From an uncultured Candidatus Saccharibacteria bacterium (lineage in GTDB: Bacteria > Patescibacteriota > Minisyncoccia > Phycocordibacterales > JACOZG01): a stretch of DNA of 63,433 nt. The notes beneath the pieces were generated by a model. That model was given only the letters and a program-made list of their open reading frames with translations. It made no database searches and was not told where the DNA came from. Location of the stretch: positions 1 through 63,433 of the forward strand of contig CAYHYA010000003.1 in assembly GCA_964360815.1 (NCBI GenBank), in the 5' to 3' direction. Shown piece by piece: positions 17,659-26,715 of the stretch (within the stretch, counting starts at the first letter, position 1; each line of letters opens with the position of its first letter). The translations under genes and the position numbers were made by a program.

Positions 17659-18657
17659 ATGAAAAACTATAAATTATTTTTGGCGGTGGCGGGGTTGCTT
17701 GGTTTAAGCGGGTTTCTCTTTGGTCAGGTTAACGCCCAAACGGTGTCGACCTGTGATTTTACGAGAAATTTGGAAGTCGGTGACGCGGGGGAAGATGTTC
17801 TGTGTTTGCAAAAATTTTTAAACGGTGCCGGTTTCACGATCGCGACTTCGGGAGTTGGTTCGCCCGGCGCAGAGACTGATCTTTTTGGTGAATTAACGAA
17901 GGAAGCTCTAATGCGTTGGCAGGTGGCCCAAGGGATCACGCCAGCTAGCGGCTATTTTGGTCCCAAATCAAGAGTCGTTTATGGCGGTGGCGGAGCGGGG
18001 AGCTCGAGTGTTGCCGGTGTGGCTAGTCCTATCTCGGCCACCACAACCGTCGCGCCAACCCCCATCCTGCCGACCATTCCGGAACTGGTGACTAAATTAA
18101 ACGAATACGCTGTCATCATTAAAAAAATTCAGGACGAAAGGGACGCGTTAGAACAAAATCTAAAAAACGAGAACGAGACCCGCAAACTACTTCAAAAAGC
18201 TCAAAAATTAATTGAAGAAGCTGACGACCGAATTGATGATGCGGCGGCGGGCGAAGATGTGGCCGACGAGAAGAACGATTTGGACGAAGCCGAGGAGGAA
18301 ATTCTCGACGGTCTCTACGCTTTTATTGACCAAGATTATGTTCAAGCCAGAAGCCATGCCGATGATGCGATTGAATTAGCCGAAGATATCACCGAAGAAC
18401 TGGGTGGCGACGAGGAAGAGGCCCAAGACGCGATTGACGACGCCGATAATGCTGTCGATGATGCTAAAGACGAAATCAGAGAGGCCGACGACGACGGGGC
18501 TAACGTTGATGAGGCGAACGACGTGCTCGACGAGGCCAAAGATAAACTGGATGATGCCGAGGAGGCCTACGATGATGAAGATTTTGACGAGGCGATTGAA
18601 TTGGCCGAAGAAGCCGAAAATCTAGCTCGCCAAGCAGTTAGAGCGATCGAAGACTAA
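17659..18657 (+). CDS. secreted protein with peptidoglycan-binding domain and poly-acidic C-terminal region
   Basis: Signal peptide, then a PG_binding_1-like region (GDAGEDVLCLQKFLNGAGF ... ALMRWQ). The C-terminal 150 aa are rich in D, E and A and predicted helical. Confidence 0.65.
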   Translation: MKNYKLFLAVAGLLGLSGFLFGQVNAQTVSTCDFTRNLEVGDAGEDVLCLQKFLNGAGFTIATSGVGSPGAETDLFGELTKEALMRWQVAQGITPASGYFGPKSRVVYGGGGAGSSSVAGVASPISATTTVAPTPILPTIPELVTKLNEYAVIIKKIQDERDALEQNLKNENETRKLLQKAQKLIEEADDRIDDAAAGEDVADEKNDLDEAEEEILDGLYAFIDQDYVQARSHADDAIELAEDITEELGGDEEEAQDAIDDADNAVDDAKDEIREADDDGANVDEANDVLDEAKDKLDDAEEAYDDEDFDEAIELAEEAENLARQAVRAIED

Positions 18658-19864
18658 TTTCTGTTTGCAGTCGAGCAATAAAAGCGTCAACGGAAACGTT
18701 CTCTAGCTTTTCGTGGCGACCCTCGATGGTTAACTGACCGCTCGCGACCTCTTGATCACCGATAATTACGAGATAGGGGACTTTCTGTTCTTTGGCCTGG
18801 CGGATTTTTTTACCCAGAGTTGCGTTATCGAGATTAAGCTCTACTCGGATGTTTTGTTTTTTCAGTTCGGTCAAAACTTGTTCAGCGTGTTGATGGTGCT
18901 GGTCACTGATTGGTAGCACGGTCACTTGCACCGGAGCAAGCCAGAGCGGGAAAGCTCCGGCATAGTACTCGATCAAGAAGGCCATGACTCGTTCGATGGC
19001 GCCGATGGACGAACGGTGAACCACGAACGCCCGTTGTTCTTGGTTGTGCTCGTCAACGTAAGTGAGATTGAATTTTTCCGGCATACAAAAGTCGTACTGC
19101 ACGGTAAAGGCCGTATCTTCTTTGCCGTTGACGTTCTTCATCTGAATGTCGATTTTCGGACCATAAAAAGCCGCTTCGCCTTTAGCTTCGGTAAACGCTT
19201 TACCGCGCTGGTTCATCAGTTCACGCAAGAGAGTTTCGCCCTTGTCCCAGGCCGACGGATTTTTGAAATATTTTTCAGAGTTAGCTTGATCGCCAAGTGA
19301 GAGTCGGTAATTATAATGTTCGCCAAATTTTAAACCAAAGACACTGGTCACATGTTCGATTAAATCAAGGGCGCCGACAATTTCTTCCATCGCTTGTTTT
19401 TCCGAGGCGCAGATAATGTGCGCATCAGCCAAGCAGAAGGTGCGCAAACGCTGTAAGCCCATCAGTTCACCTGACTGTTCATAGCGGTAGAGCTGGGCCA
19501 ATTCGGCGAGGCGGAGAGGCAACTCCCGATAGCTTCTTGGGCGGTGAAGATAGATTTGGAAATGATGCGGACAGGTCATCGGCCGAAGCATAAATTGCTC
19601 ATCGTCAATTTCAATCGGCGCGTACATTGAATCGCGATAATGTGGATAATGGCCAGATTTCTGATACAGGGTTAACCGCGCCAAATCGGGCGTGTGAACA
19701 TGCTGATAACCCCGCTTCTGCTCCTCCTCAAGAATAAACCTCTCCAGTTCCCGTTTAATTATTGCGCCTTTAGGCAGGAACATCGGCAGGCCCTTGCCCA
19801 CTTCTTGGTCAATGTAAAATAAATCCAGTTGCGGCCCGAGTTTTTTGTGATCGCGTTCTTCCAT
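18638..19864 (-). CDS. thrS: threonyl-tRNA synthetase, N-terminally truncated (catalytic + anticodon-binding domains only)
   Basis: Starts at the class II catalytic core (MEERDHKKLGPQLDLFY ... RPMTCPHHFQIY ... QRLRTFCLADAHI). At 408 aa it lacks the TGS and editing domains. Confidence 0.8.
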   Translation of the reverse strand: MEERDHKKLGPQLDLFYIDQEVGKGLPMFLPKGAIIKRELERFILEEEQKRGYQHVHTPDLARLTLYQKSGHYPHYRDSMYAPIEIDDEQFMLRPMTCPHHFQIYLHRPRSYRELPLRLAELAQLYRYEQSGELMGLQRLRTFCLADAHIICASEKQAMEEIVGALDLIEHVTSVFGLKFGEHYNYRLSLGDQANSEKYFKNPSAWDKGETLLRELMNQRGKAFTEAKGEAAFYGPKIDIQMKNVNGKEDTAFTVQYDFCMPEKFNLTYVDEHNQEQRAFVVHRSSIGAIERVMAFLIEYYAGAFPLWLAPVQVTVLPISDQHHQHAEQVLTELKKQNIRVELNLDNATLGKKIRQAKEQKVPYLVIIGDQEVASGQLTIEGRHEKLENVSVDAFIARLQTEISLRSL

Positions 19865-19895
19865 TTGTTTTTTATCCTAACATAAAACCGCCCGG

Positions 19896-22800
19896 CTAAA
19901 CCAATTCTTTGGCCGCCTCGACAATCAAGCTGGTGTCGCCATTACGGAGTGATAAACGTCCACGCAGGGCCAAACAGCGATCAACCACCAGCAGGTCTTT
20001 AAGCTGATCAAAAACTCGGGCGAAAACCACGGCCTCGATTCGATCGGTAAAATCAGCTAAACGGATAAAGGCCATGCGCTCGCCGCGTTTGGTTAAGATG
20101 ACCCTAACTTCCTCGATTACGCCGGCCGCCACGGCCGGCGACCCATCACCTTTTTCCTTTATTTTTTTGATCGTATTGGCTTCGTTAAACTTGGTGCGGA
20201 ATTTTTCGAGCGGATGGCCGGAAATGTAGAGTCCGAGCAACTCCTTCTCCCAGGCCAATTTTTCTTCAAGTTTGACGGGGGTGGCGTTAGCCAGTTTAAG
20301 TTGCGGCACGGAACGTTGATCGTTCATCGCTTCAAAGAGCGAGGTTTGGCTAGTGACTCCACGGTTATTTTCGCGATGAAATTCAAGAATCAAATCAAGG
20401 TTGGCCAAAAGCCGTCCCCGCTCTTCGTTAAGAGAATCCATAGCCCCGGCCTTAATCAGGGCTTCGAGCGATTTCTTGTTCAGATTGCGATGATTGATTC
20501 GTTCCAAAAAATTAACCAGAGTGGTGAACGGGCCGTGACTTTTCCGTTCGCCGACAATCGAGTCGGCGATGTCGGTGCCGAGATTTTTAATAGTGTAGAG
20601 ACCAAAGCGAATTTTGTCCCGTTCATTCGCCGTGGTGGTTTTGATCACGGTAAAATCGCCAAAACTTTCATTAATATCCGGCGGCAGAACAATCAAGTTC
20701 ATTCGTTGACACTCATTAATCACTTCGGCCACAGTTTCGTTGTTACCAGATTCGGCCGAGAGCACGGCGGTCATATATTCAGATGGGTAATTGGCTTTCA
20801 GATAAGCCGTTTGATAAGCCACGCGACCGTAACTCGCGGCGTGAGCTTTGTTGAAACCGTAAGCGGCGAAGGGTTCGATCAGTTGCCATAGAGCTTGAGC
20901 TTGCTTGTCGTTCAAGCCGTTGGCCACGAAACCCTTGAGCAGTTTTTCTTTCTGGGCCGCCATTTCGGCTGGAATTTTCTTGCCCATGGCTTTACGCAAC
21001 TTATCGGCCTCGGTCCAGGAGTAACCGGCCAAGTGGATCGCTATCAACATGACGTCGTCCTGATAGGTGATGACGCCAAACGATTGATTCAAGATTTCTT
21101 TGAGTCGCGGATCGAGATAGGTGACCAAGGTCGGGTTGTGCTTGCGTTTAATATATTCGGGAATTGATTCCATTGGCCCGGGGCGATAAAGCGCGACCAT
21201 GGCGTTGATGTCGTAGATGGTGTTGGGTTTTAGGTCCTTCAGCCATTTGGTCATGCCGGTACCGTTTAGTTGGAACAAGCCCATGGTTTCGCCTCGGGCC
21301 AACATCGTGAAAGTTTTTTGATCGTCGAGCGGGATTTTTTCAATATTAATTTCTCGCTCGTGGATAATTTTAATCAACCGAATCGCGTCTTCGAGGATTG
21401 ATAAATTACGAATCCCCAGAAAGTCAAATTTCAACAAACCGGCCTCTTCAACCGCGTGCATATCGTATTGCGTGATGATCTTGCCACCCTTGGGATCAAG
21501 TTGCAGCGGCACAAAATCGGTTAAGCTCGTGGGCGCGATCACCACACCGGCGGCGTGAACAGAAATATGCCTCGGGTTGCCTTCAATTTTTAGCGACAAG
21601 TCAATTACTTCTTTCGCTTCGGCTTCGTCAGTGTGGGCTTTGGCCAGTTCGGGAGTAGTTTCAAGGGCTCGATCAATGGTCATCGGGAAGCCCTGCGAAC
21701 CAAGCGGAATAAGGTTAGCGATGCGATCACCGACGGCGTAGGGATAGCCCAAGGCGCGGGCGATGTCGCGCACCGCCGCCTTGGCCATCATCGATCCGAA
21801 GGTCCCGATTTGGGCCACGCGGTCGGCGCCGTATTTCTGTTTAGCGTATTCGATAACTTCATCTCGTCGCTTGTCGGCAAAGTCCATGTCAATATCCGGC
21901 GGCGATGGCCGGTCGGGGTTAAGAAAACGTTCGAAGGGCAAGCCATAAACCAACGGATCAACGTTGGTAATGCCTAGAAAATGAGAAACGAGCGAACCGG
22001 CGGCCGAGCCGCGCGTGTTGGTGTAGATATCATTCGTGTGGGCAAAGTTGATGAGATCGGCCACGACGAGGAAATAGGGCGAATAGCCCTTCTTGGTGAT
22101 CACGGTTAATTCGTGCCGCAGGCGTTCGGTGGCCTCGCGTTGCCGCGCGGGATTTTCCAGTAAATAATTTGCCAGTTTTTGTTCGGCGGTTTGGGTGAGC
22201 AATTCGTCGGCGGTCAAACCGACGGGTAAGGGGAAACTCGGGAAAACCCATTGACCAAGTGTTAGCTTAAGATCGACGCGCTCGGCAATTGCCAGCGTAT
22301 TCCGAAGAGCTTCCGGCGTATCGGAAAAAAGTCGCGCGGCGGTCGGTTGATCAATAAACGAGAAATCTTCATCTTGGTTGGAAAAACGCTTGTTGTCGCC
22401 GCCCTCGGAGTGCGTGCCAATGGCTACGACCGTGTCGTGCGCGCGGGCTTCGTCTGGCTCGAGATAATGACAATCGTGACTGGCAACCAGGGGAATGTTT
22501 AAGCGGCGCGCCAACTCAATCGTGGCTTGTTTAACCGCCAACTGATTTTCAATTTTCGGATGATGCATGATTTCCAGAAAATAATTCTCCGCGCCGAAAA
22601 TTTCCTGATACTCTCTGGCGACTTTCGTGGCCCGCTCCAAATCGTTGGCGGCAAGAGCTCGTCCGAGTTCACTCGCCAAGCAACCAGATAAACAAATCAC
22701 TCCTTCGTGGTGTTCGCGAAGCAGATCTTTATCCATGCGGGGCTTATAGTAAAAGCCCTCGAGATGCGAAGCCGTGACCAGTTTGAGCAAGTTTTGGTAA

Positions 22801-23090
22801 CCGGTTTTGTTGCTGGCGAGAAGCGTTAAATGATAACGCTTGTTGTCGATGTTTGGTTCTTTATTGTGACGCGAGCGGGTGGCGATGTAACCCTCCACAC
22901 CAATAATCGGTTTAATCTCGTTGGCGAGACAGGTTTTATAGAATTCGATGGCACCGTAAAGGTTGCCGTGATCGGTGAGAGCGACCGCGGGCATGCCGAG
23001 CTTCTTGGCCTTGGCCACCATCGCGTCAATTTTCGAAATCCCGTCAAGGAGAGAATAATTACTGTGATTGTGAAGATGGACAAACGACAT
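19896..23090 (-). CDS. dnaE: DNA polymerase III alpha subunit
   Basis: The PHP domain begins at MSFVHLHNHSNYSLLDG, followed by polymerase core and OB-fold regions. The ORF is open to 23159, but that N-terminal extension has no homology. A TATAAT lies 11 nt upstream of the ATG at 23090, which may indicate a leaderless start. Confidence 0.85.
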   Translation of the reverse strand: MSFVHLHNHSNYSLLDGISKIDAMVAKAKKLGMPAVALTDHGNLYGAIEFYKTCLANEIKPIIGVEGYIATRSRHNKEPNIDNKRYHLTLLASNKTGYQNLLKLVTASHLEGFYYKPRMDKDLLREHHEGVICLSGCLASELGRALAANDLERATKVAREYQEIFGAENYFLEIMHHPKIENQLAVKQATIELARRLNIPLVASHDCHYLEPDEARAHDTVVAIGTHSEGGDNKRFSNQDEDFSFIDQPTAARLFSDTPEALRNTLAIAERVDLKLTLGQWVFPSFPLPVGLTADELLTQTAEQKLANYLLENPARQREATERLRHELTVITKKGYSPYFLVVADLINFAHTNDIYTNTRGSAAGSLVSHFLGITNVDPLVYGLPFERFLNPDRPSPPDIDMDFADKRRDEVIEYAKQKYGADRVAQIGTFGSMMAKAAVRDIARALGYPYAVGDRIANLIPLGSQGFPMTIDRALETTPELAKAHTDEAEAKEVIDLSLKIEGNPRHISVHAAGVVIAPTSLTDFVPLQLDPKGGKIITQYDMHAVEEAGLLKFDFLGIRNLSILEDAIRLIKIIHEREINIEKIPLDDQKTFTMLARGETMGLFQLNGTGMTKWLKDLKPNTIYDINAMVALYRPGPMESIPEYIKRKHNPTLVTYLDPRLKEILNQSFGVITYQDDVMLIAIHLAGYSWTEADKLRKAMGKKIPAEMAAQKEKLLKGFVANGLNDKQAQALWQLIEPFAAYGFNKAHAASYGRVAYQTAYLKANYPSEYMTAVLSAESGNNETVAEVINECQRMNLIVLPPDINESFGDFTVIKTTTANERDKIRFGLYTIKNLGTDIADSIVGERKSHGPFTTLVNFLERINHRNLNKKSLEALIKAGAMDSLNEERGRLLANLDLILEFHRENNRGVTSQTSLFEAMNDQRSVPQLKLANATPVKLEEKLAWEKELLGLYISGHPLEKFRTKFNEANTIKKIKEKGDGSPAVAAGVIEEVRVILTKRGERMAFIRLADFTDRIEAVVFARVFDQLKDLLVVDRCLALRGRLSLRNGDTSLIVEAAKELV

Positions 23091-23195
23091 CGTGACCAGA
23101 TTATAGCAGAGCGCCCCGCGCCAAAATAATTTGACAAACTGTCTCCAAACCGTCATCATCTTGAGGGTCAGTGTTCTTTAAGAAAGGAGGCAAAC

Positions 23196-23516
23196 ATGGC
23201 CAAAATATACATCACCCTAGATAGTGATTTTTGTGTGACCGAGGTGGTGCAAATTTCAGAAGAAAACAAGAGGGGGTGGAGAAGTGTAACAATTCCGATC
23301 GGTCGCCACCTGTTTGACGAGACGGTCAACCCTTTTTGTCTTATGTCCGACCGCGACCAACGTTTTCGCACCACCTGGTTGGTTGAGCATGGTACGAACA
23401 AAGGACTGGCGGTTGAGTCCTGGGCGATGGCTCTTAAAGAAGGTCGGTCAGTGAAAAAAATCGAGGGTATTGACGTGGAAGATGTTTGGAAAAAATATAA
23501 AACAGGAAAAAAGTAA
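23196..23516 (+). CDS. hypothetical protein
   Basis: 106 aa with a strong SD (AAGGAGG, 6 nt before the ATG). No recognisable domain. Confidence 0.55.
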   Translation: MAKIYITLDSDFCVTEVVQISEENKRGWRSVTIPIGRHLFDETVNPFCLMSDRDQRFRTTWLVEHGTNKGLAVESWAMALKEGRSVKKIEGIDVEDVWKKYKTGKK

Positions 23517-23593
23517 TCGCAGCAAGGGTCGGGTTATGTAAATCATCCGACCTTTTTCTTTTGTCTTGCTATGGGTGTTAAAATACTGGATCC

Positions 23594-24196
23594 GTGCGGA
23601 AGAAATTTAAATATTTAATTGGCATTGACGAGGCCGGGCGGGGGCCGCTGGCCGGACCGGTCAGCGTGGCCGCCGTGGCCTTAAGTCCAAAACTGAAATT
23701 TGCTCTCAAGCGGGACTCGAAAAAATTAAGCGCAAATAAACGGGAACTATGGTTCGAGTGGTTACAACAAAAACAGAAAGACCAACATCTCAAATTCGCG
23801 GTGTCACTAGTCGGGGAAAAAATAGTTGACCGTTTGGGGATTGTTTGGGCGATCAAAATCGGGATTCGTCGTTGTTTGGAAAAACTAAAGGCCCAACCCG
23901 AACAAGGCCAAATTTTGCTCGACGGGGGATTGGTTGCGCCGGCCGAGTATCGTTGGCAGAAAACGATCATTCGCGGTGACGAGAACATACCGGTCATCGC
24001 TCTCGCCTCGATTGCCGCTAAGGTGACGCGCGATCGCCGGATGATTCGTTTGGCAAAAAAATTTCCAGCATACGAATTCGAGGTTCATAAGGGTTATGGG
24101 ACAAAGAAACATTACGCCGCCCTCGATCGCCACGGCCCATCACCGATCCACCGCCAGTCGTTTTTGAAAAATTTAAAAAGACAACCCCGCGTTTGA
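23594..24196 (+). CDS. rnhB: ribonuclease HII
   Basis: IGIDEAGRGPLAGPV catalytic motif, 200 aa. Confidence 0.85.
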   Translation: MRKKFKYLIGIDEAGRGPLAGPVSVAAVALSPKLKFALKRDSKKLSANKRELWFEWLQQKQKDQHLKFAVSLVGEKIVDRLGIVWAIKIGIRRCLEKLKAQPEQGQILLDGGLVAPAEYRWQKTIIRGDENIPVIALASIAAKVTRDRRMIRLAKKFPAYEFEVHKGYGTKKHYAALDRHGPSPIHRQSFLKNLKRQPRV

Positions 24197-24206
24197 ATGC
24201 GGGGTT
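24161..24206 (-). terminator. putative intrinsic terminator (minus strand) overlapping rnhB 3' end
   Basis: Hairpin aaccccgc-gtttgaat-gcggggtt at 24183-24206, followed on the minus strand by a T-rich run (the complement of tttttgaaaaatttaaaaag at 24161-24180). It is downstream of the minus-strand gene 24222..24692. Confidence 0.45.
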
Positions 24207-24221
24207 GGGAGACAACCAAGA

Positions 24222-24692
24222 TCAATTTTCGGGAAAAGGGGGAATAATAGGAATTTCTTCGGGAAGAAGAAATTTCCAAATCTCCACATGCGCAAGCTCT
24301 GCCCTCTTCTTGTTGTAGACATTTGCGAGCCGGGCGTAACGGTTCACTTGCTTCATGGTCCGATGTTCCAGTCGTGTGATTTGAAGTTCTAGACCGGCGA
24401 CATGGAGTTCTTTAACTGCCTTGATGATGTCTCGATTCTCTTTAATCAGACTGCCTCTTTCGATCAGGCAGTTCTTAATCCGCACCAATTTCATAAACAA
24501 TTTATCGGGATTTTTTTCTTCCTCAACCGTCCGGATGAGATCGCTCACAACCTCTTCCTCTATCCACTCCACTTGTGCGGAGTTAGAATGGTTTATCGGT
24601 GAGAACGGCACTGGTTGATCCGGTGATTTGCAACTTAAAAATCCCAAAAATCCGATTAAGCTCCATCTCAACAAATTGAAAACAAGGTACAC
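24222..24692 (-). CDS. hypothetical secreted protein
   Basis: 156 aa with a hydrophobic N-terminus (LIGFLGFLSC) and a helical remainder. Confidence 0.5.
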   Translation of the reverse strand: MYLVFNLLRWSLIGFLGFLSCKSPDQPVPFSPINHSNSAQVEWIEEEVVSDLIRTVEEEKNPDKLFMKLVRIKNCLIERGSLIKENRDIIKAVKELHVAGLELQITRLEHRTMKQVNRYARLANVYNKKRAELAHVEIWKFLLPEEIPIIPPFPEN

Positions 24693-24850
24693 GATAATCC
24701 TCCTAATTTTGATCCCTCTTCATTTTACCACCGGAACATCCGATAGCTCTGCCCGCCATGCTAACAGATATCAGTATTTTTGTCAAATTTAGTTAGTCTC
24801 TCTGTTTGAGCAGTTGCTTCTTCGGGCCAGATACGCTAAAGTTTAATCCT

Positions 24851-25066
24851 ATGGTAATCCGAATGAGACACACGCGGGCGCATACGGCTAATCGCCGGTC
24901 GCATCACGCGCTTAAGCCGCCGCGGCTTTCGAAATGCGCCAAGTGTGGCGTGGCGCATCTTCGACATCGGGTTTGCCTGAATTGCGGCGTTTATCGCGGA
25001 CGAGTGGTTTTCGATCCGGCGGTGAAATCAGCCAAGATCGAAAAGAAAAAGAAGAAAGGCAAATAA
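24851..25066 (+). CDS. rpmF: 50S ribosomal protein L32
   Basis: MVIRMRHTRAHTANRRSHHALKPPRLSKCAKCGVAHLRHRVCLNCGVYRGRVV matches the L32 pattern, including the C..C....C..C zinc ribbon. The ORF is open from 24806, but the L32-like start is at 24851. Confidence 0.8.
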   Translation: MVIRMRHTRAHTANRRSHHALKPPRLSKCAKCGVAHLRHRVCLNCGVYRGRVVFDPAVKSAKIEKKKKKGK

Positions 25067-25089
25067 TTTTTTTGAAAAACTAATCGCTT

Positions 25090-26001
25090 ATGGCCAACAG
25101 GCATCTGTCGCGCAGTTTGGCTGTGCAATCGCTTTTTGAGTGGGATTTTAATCAACTGCCGCCTGCGGCGGCTCTGCCGATTGTTGAACGTAATCTGAAA
25201 GAATTTGCCCCGGGTTTAGAGGATCGCTCGTTCACCCAAAAATTAATCACCGGGATTTTAGAATCTCGTCAGAAAATTGACCGAATTATCGAGAAGGCCG
25301 CCCCCGAGTGGCCGCTCGACAAGATTGCGATCATTGATCGGAATGTTTTACGGATTGGTCTTTACGAACTCTTGTTTGCCGACCGCGGGGAAGTGCCTGC
25401 GCGCGTGGCGATTAATGAGGCCATTGAGTTGGCCAAAACTTTTGGCGGTGAGACGAGCGGTAAGTTCGTCAACGGTGTTTTGGGCACGGTGTATAAAGAA
25501 ATTGGCGAGCCGGGCAAAGACGAAGTGCCGGCCAAGAAACGACGAGCCAAGGATTTGAAATATGAAGACCTGCCGATCGAAAATTTGGGCGGCGCGGTGG
25601 TTTACTCACACCGTCCCGACGGGCTGATTCTGCTAGCTTTCGTTCATGATATTTTCGGCTACTGGACGTTATCGAAAGGGCATATCAATCCCGGAGAAGA
25701 AGCATCGGCGGCGACGGTTCGAGAAGTTAAAGAAGAACTGTCTTTGACGGTTGAGATTAAAGAAGAGCTTGGGGTGAACGAGTATGTCGCTAGTCATCCG
25801 GAGAAGGGTAAAATTAGAAAGCGGGTCAGTTACTTTTTAGCTCAAGCACACGACGAAAACGAACTACGGCTAAACAAAAATCAAGGTCTCGACGACGCGC
25901 GGTGGTTCCCACTGGAAGAGATTTTGGAACTAAAAATTTATGATGATGTTTTACCGATCGTGACGCGGGCGATTAAAAAATTATCCGAACCAACGCCATG
26001 A
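25090..26001 (+). CDS. nusB: NusB antitermination factor fused to C-terminal NUDIX hydrolase domain
   Basis: aa 1-~140 are NusB-like (AVQSLFEWDF ... RIGLYELLF ... AINEAIELAK). After a basic linker, aa ~165-303 carry a Nudix box (GHINPGEEASAATVREVKEELSL). It is a single continuous ORF. Confidence 0.75.
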   Translation: MANRHLSRSLAVQSLFEWDFNQLPPAAALPIVERNLKEFAPGLEDRSFTQKLITGILESRQKIDRIIEKAAPEWPLDKIAIIDRNVLRIGLYELLFADRGEVPARVAINEAIELAKTFGGETSGKFVNGVLGTVYKEIGEPGKDEVPAKKRRAKDLKYEDLPIENLGGAVVYSHRPDGLILLAFVHDIFGYWTLSKGHINPGEEASAATVREVKEELSLTVEIKEELGVNEYVASHPEKGKIRKRVSYFLAQAHDENELRLNKNQGLDDARWFPLEEILELKIYDDVLPIVTRAIKKLSEPTP

Positions 26002-26702
26002 CTCAGTTACCAGATTTTGCCAAATTTGCCACTCGGGCCAAGTTAGCTTTTCGGGCCCCCGATCTTCTTCGACAAGCCCTGACCCATCGTTCATATTTGA
26101 ACGAACACCGCGAAGCCAACTGGGATCATAATGAACGGTTGGAATTTTTAGGTGATGCGGTTTTGGAGTTAGTGGTCACTGACTATCTTTTCGGGCGTTA
26201 TCCGAAAGAGACCGAGGGCGACCTAACGGCCTATCGTGCCGCGCTCGTCAACACCGACACCCTCGCGGAGGTGGCCATTGATCTCGGGGTTAACGACTAC
26301 CTGCTTTTATCAAAGGGTGAAGCCAAAGATACCGGCCGCGCGCGGCAAGTGATTCTGGCTAACGCCTTCGAGTCAATCATCGGCGCGATTTATCTCGACC
26401 AGGGGTTGACCGCCGCGCGCGACTTTATTGTTAATAATTTTGACGGGCGGGCGGAAGCGGTGATCGCCGCGCGGCGCATCCAAGACGCTAAAAGCTTCTT
26501 TCAAGAAAAAGCTCAAGCCACCGAAGAATTAACTCCGACTTACGAAGTTTTGAGCGAGGTTGGTCCGGATCATCATAAAACCTTCACGGTCGGTTTATAT
26601 TTAGGAACCAATTTGGTGGCCACGGGCGTTGGTCGCTCCAAACAGGAAGCCGAGCAAGCGGCCGCGCGCCGCGCGCTCGTTGAACGGGGTTGGCTAAAGT
26701 GA
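25998..26702 (+). CDS. rnc: ribonuclease III
   Basis: RNase III signature ERLEFLGDAVLELVV, with a C-terminal dsRBD. Confidence 0.9.
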   Translation: MTQLPDFAKFATRAKLAFRAPDLLRQALTHRSYLNEHREANWDHNERLEFLGDAVLELVVTDYLFGRYPKETEGDLTAYRAALVNTDTLAEVAIDLGVNDYLLLSKGEAKDTGRARQVILANAFESIIGAIYLDQGLTAARDFIVNNFDGRAEAVIAARRIQDAKSFFQEKAQATEELTPTYEVLSEVGPDHHKTFTVGLYLGTNLVATGVGRSKQEAEQAAARRALVERGWLK

Positions 26703-26715
26703 ACTCGACAAGCCC

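Noticed and set aside
20214-21167. Antisense ORFs (225 aa and 90 aa) inside dnaE.
   Set aside because: They are embedded opposite a strongly supported long gene. Their composition mirrors dnaE codons.
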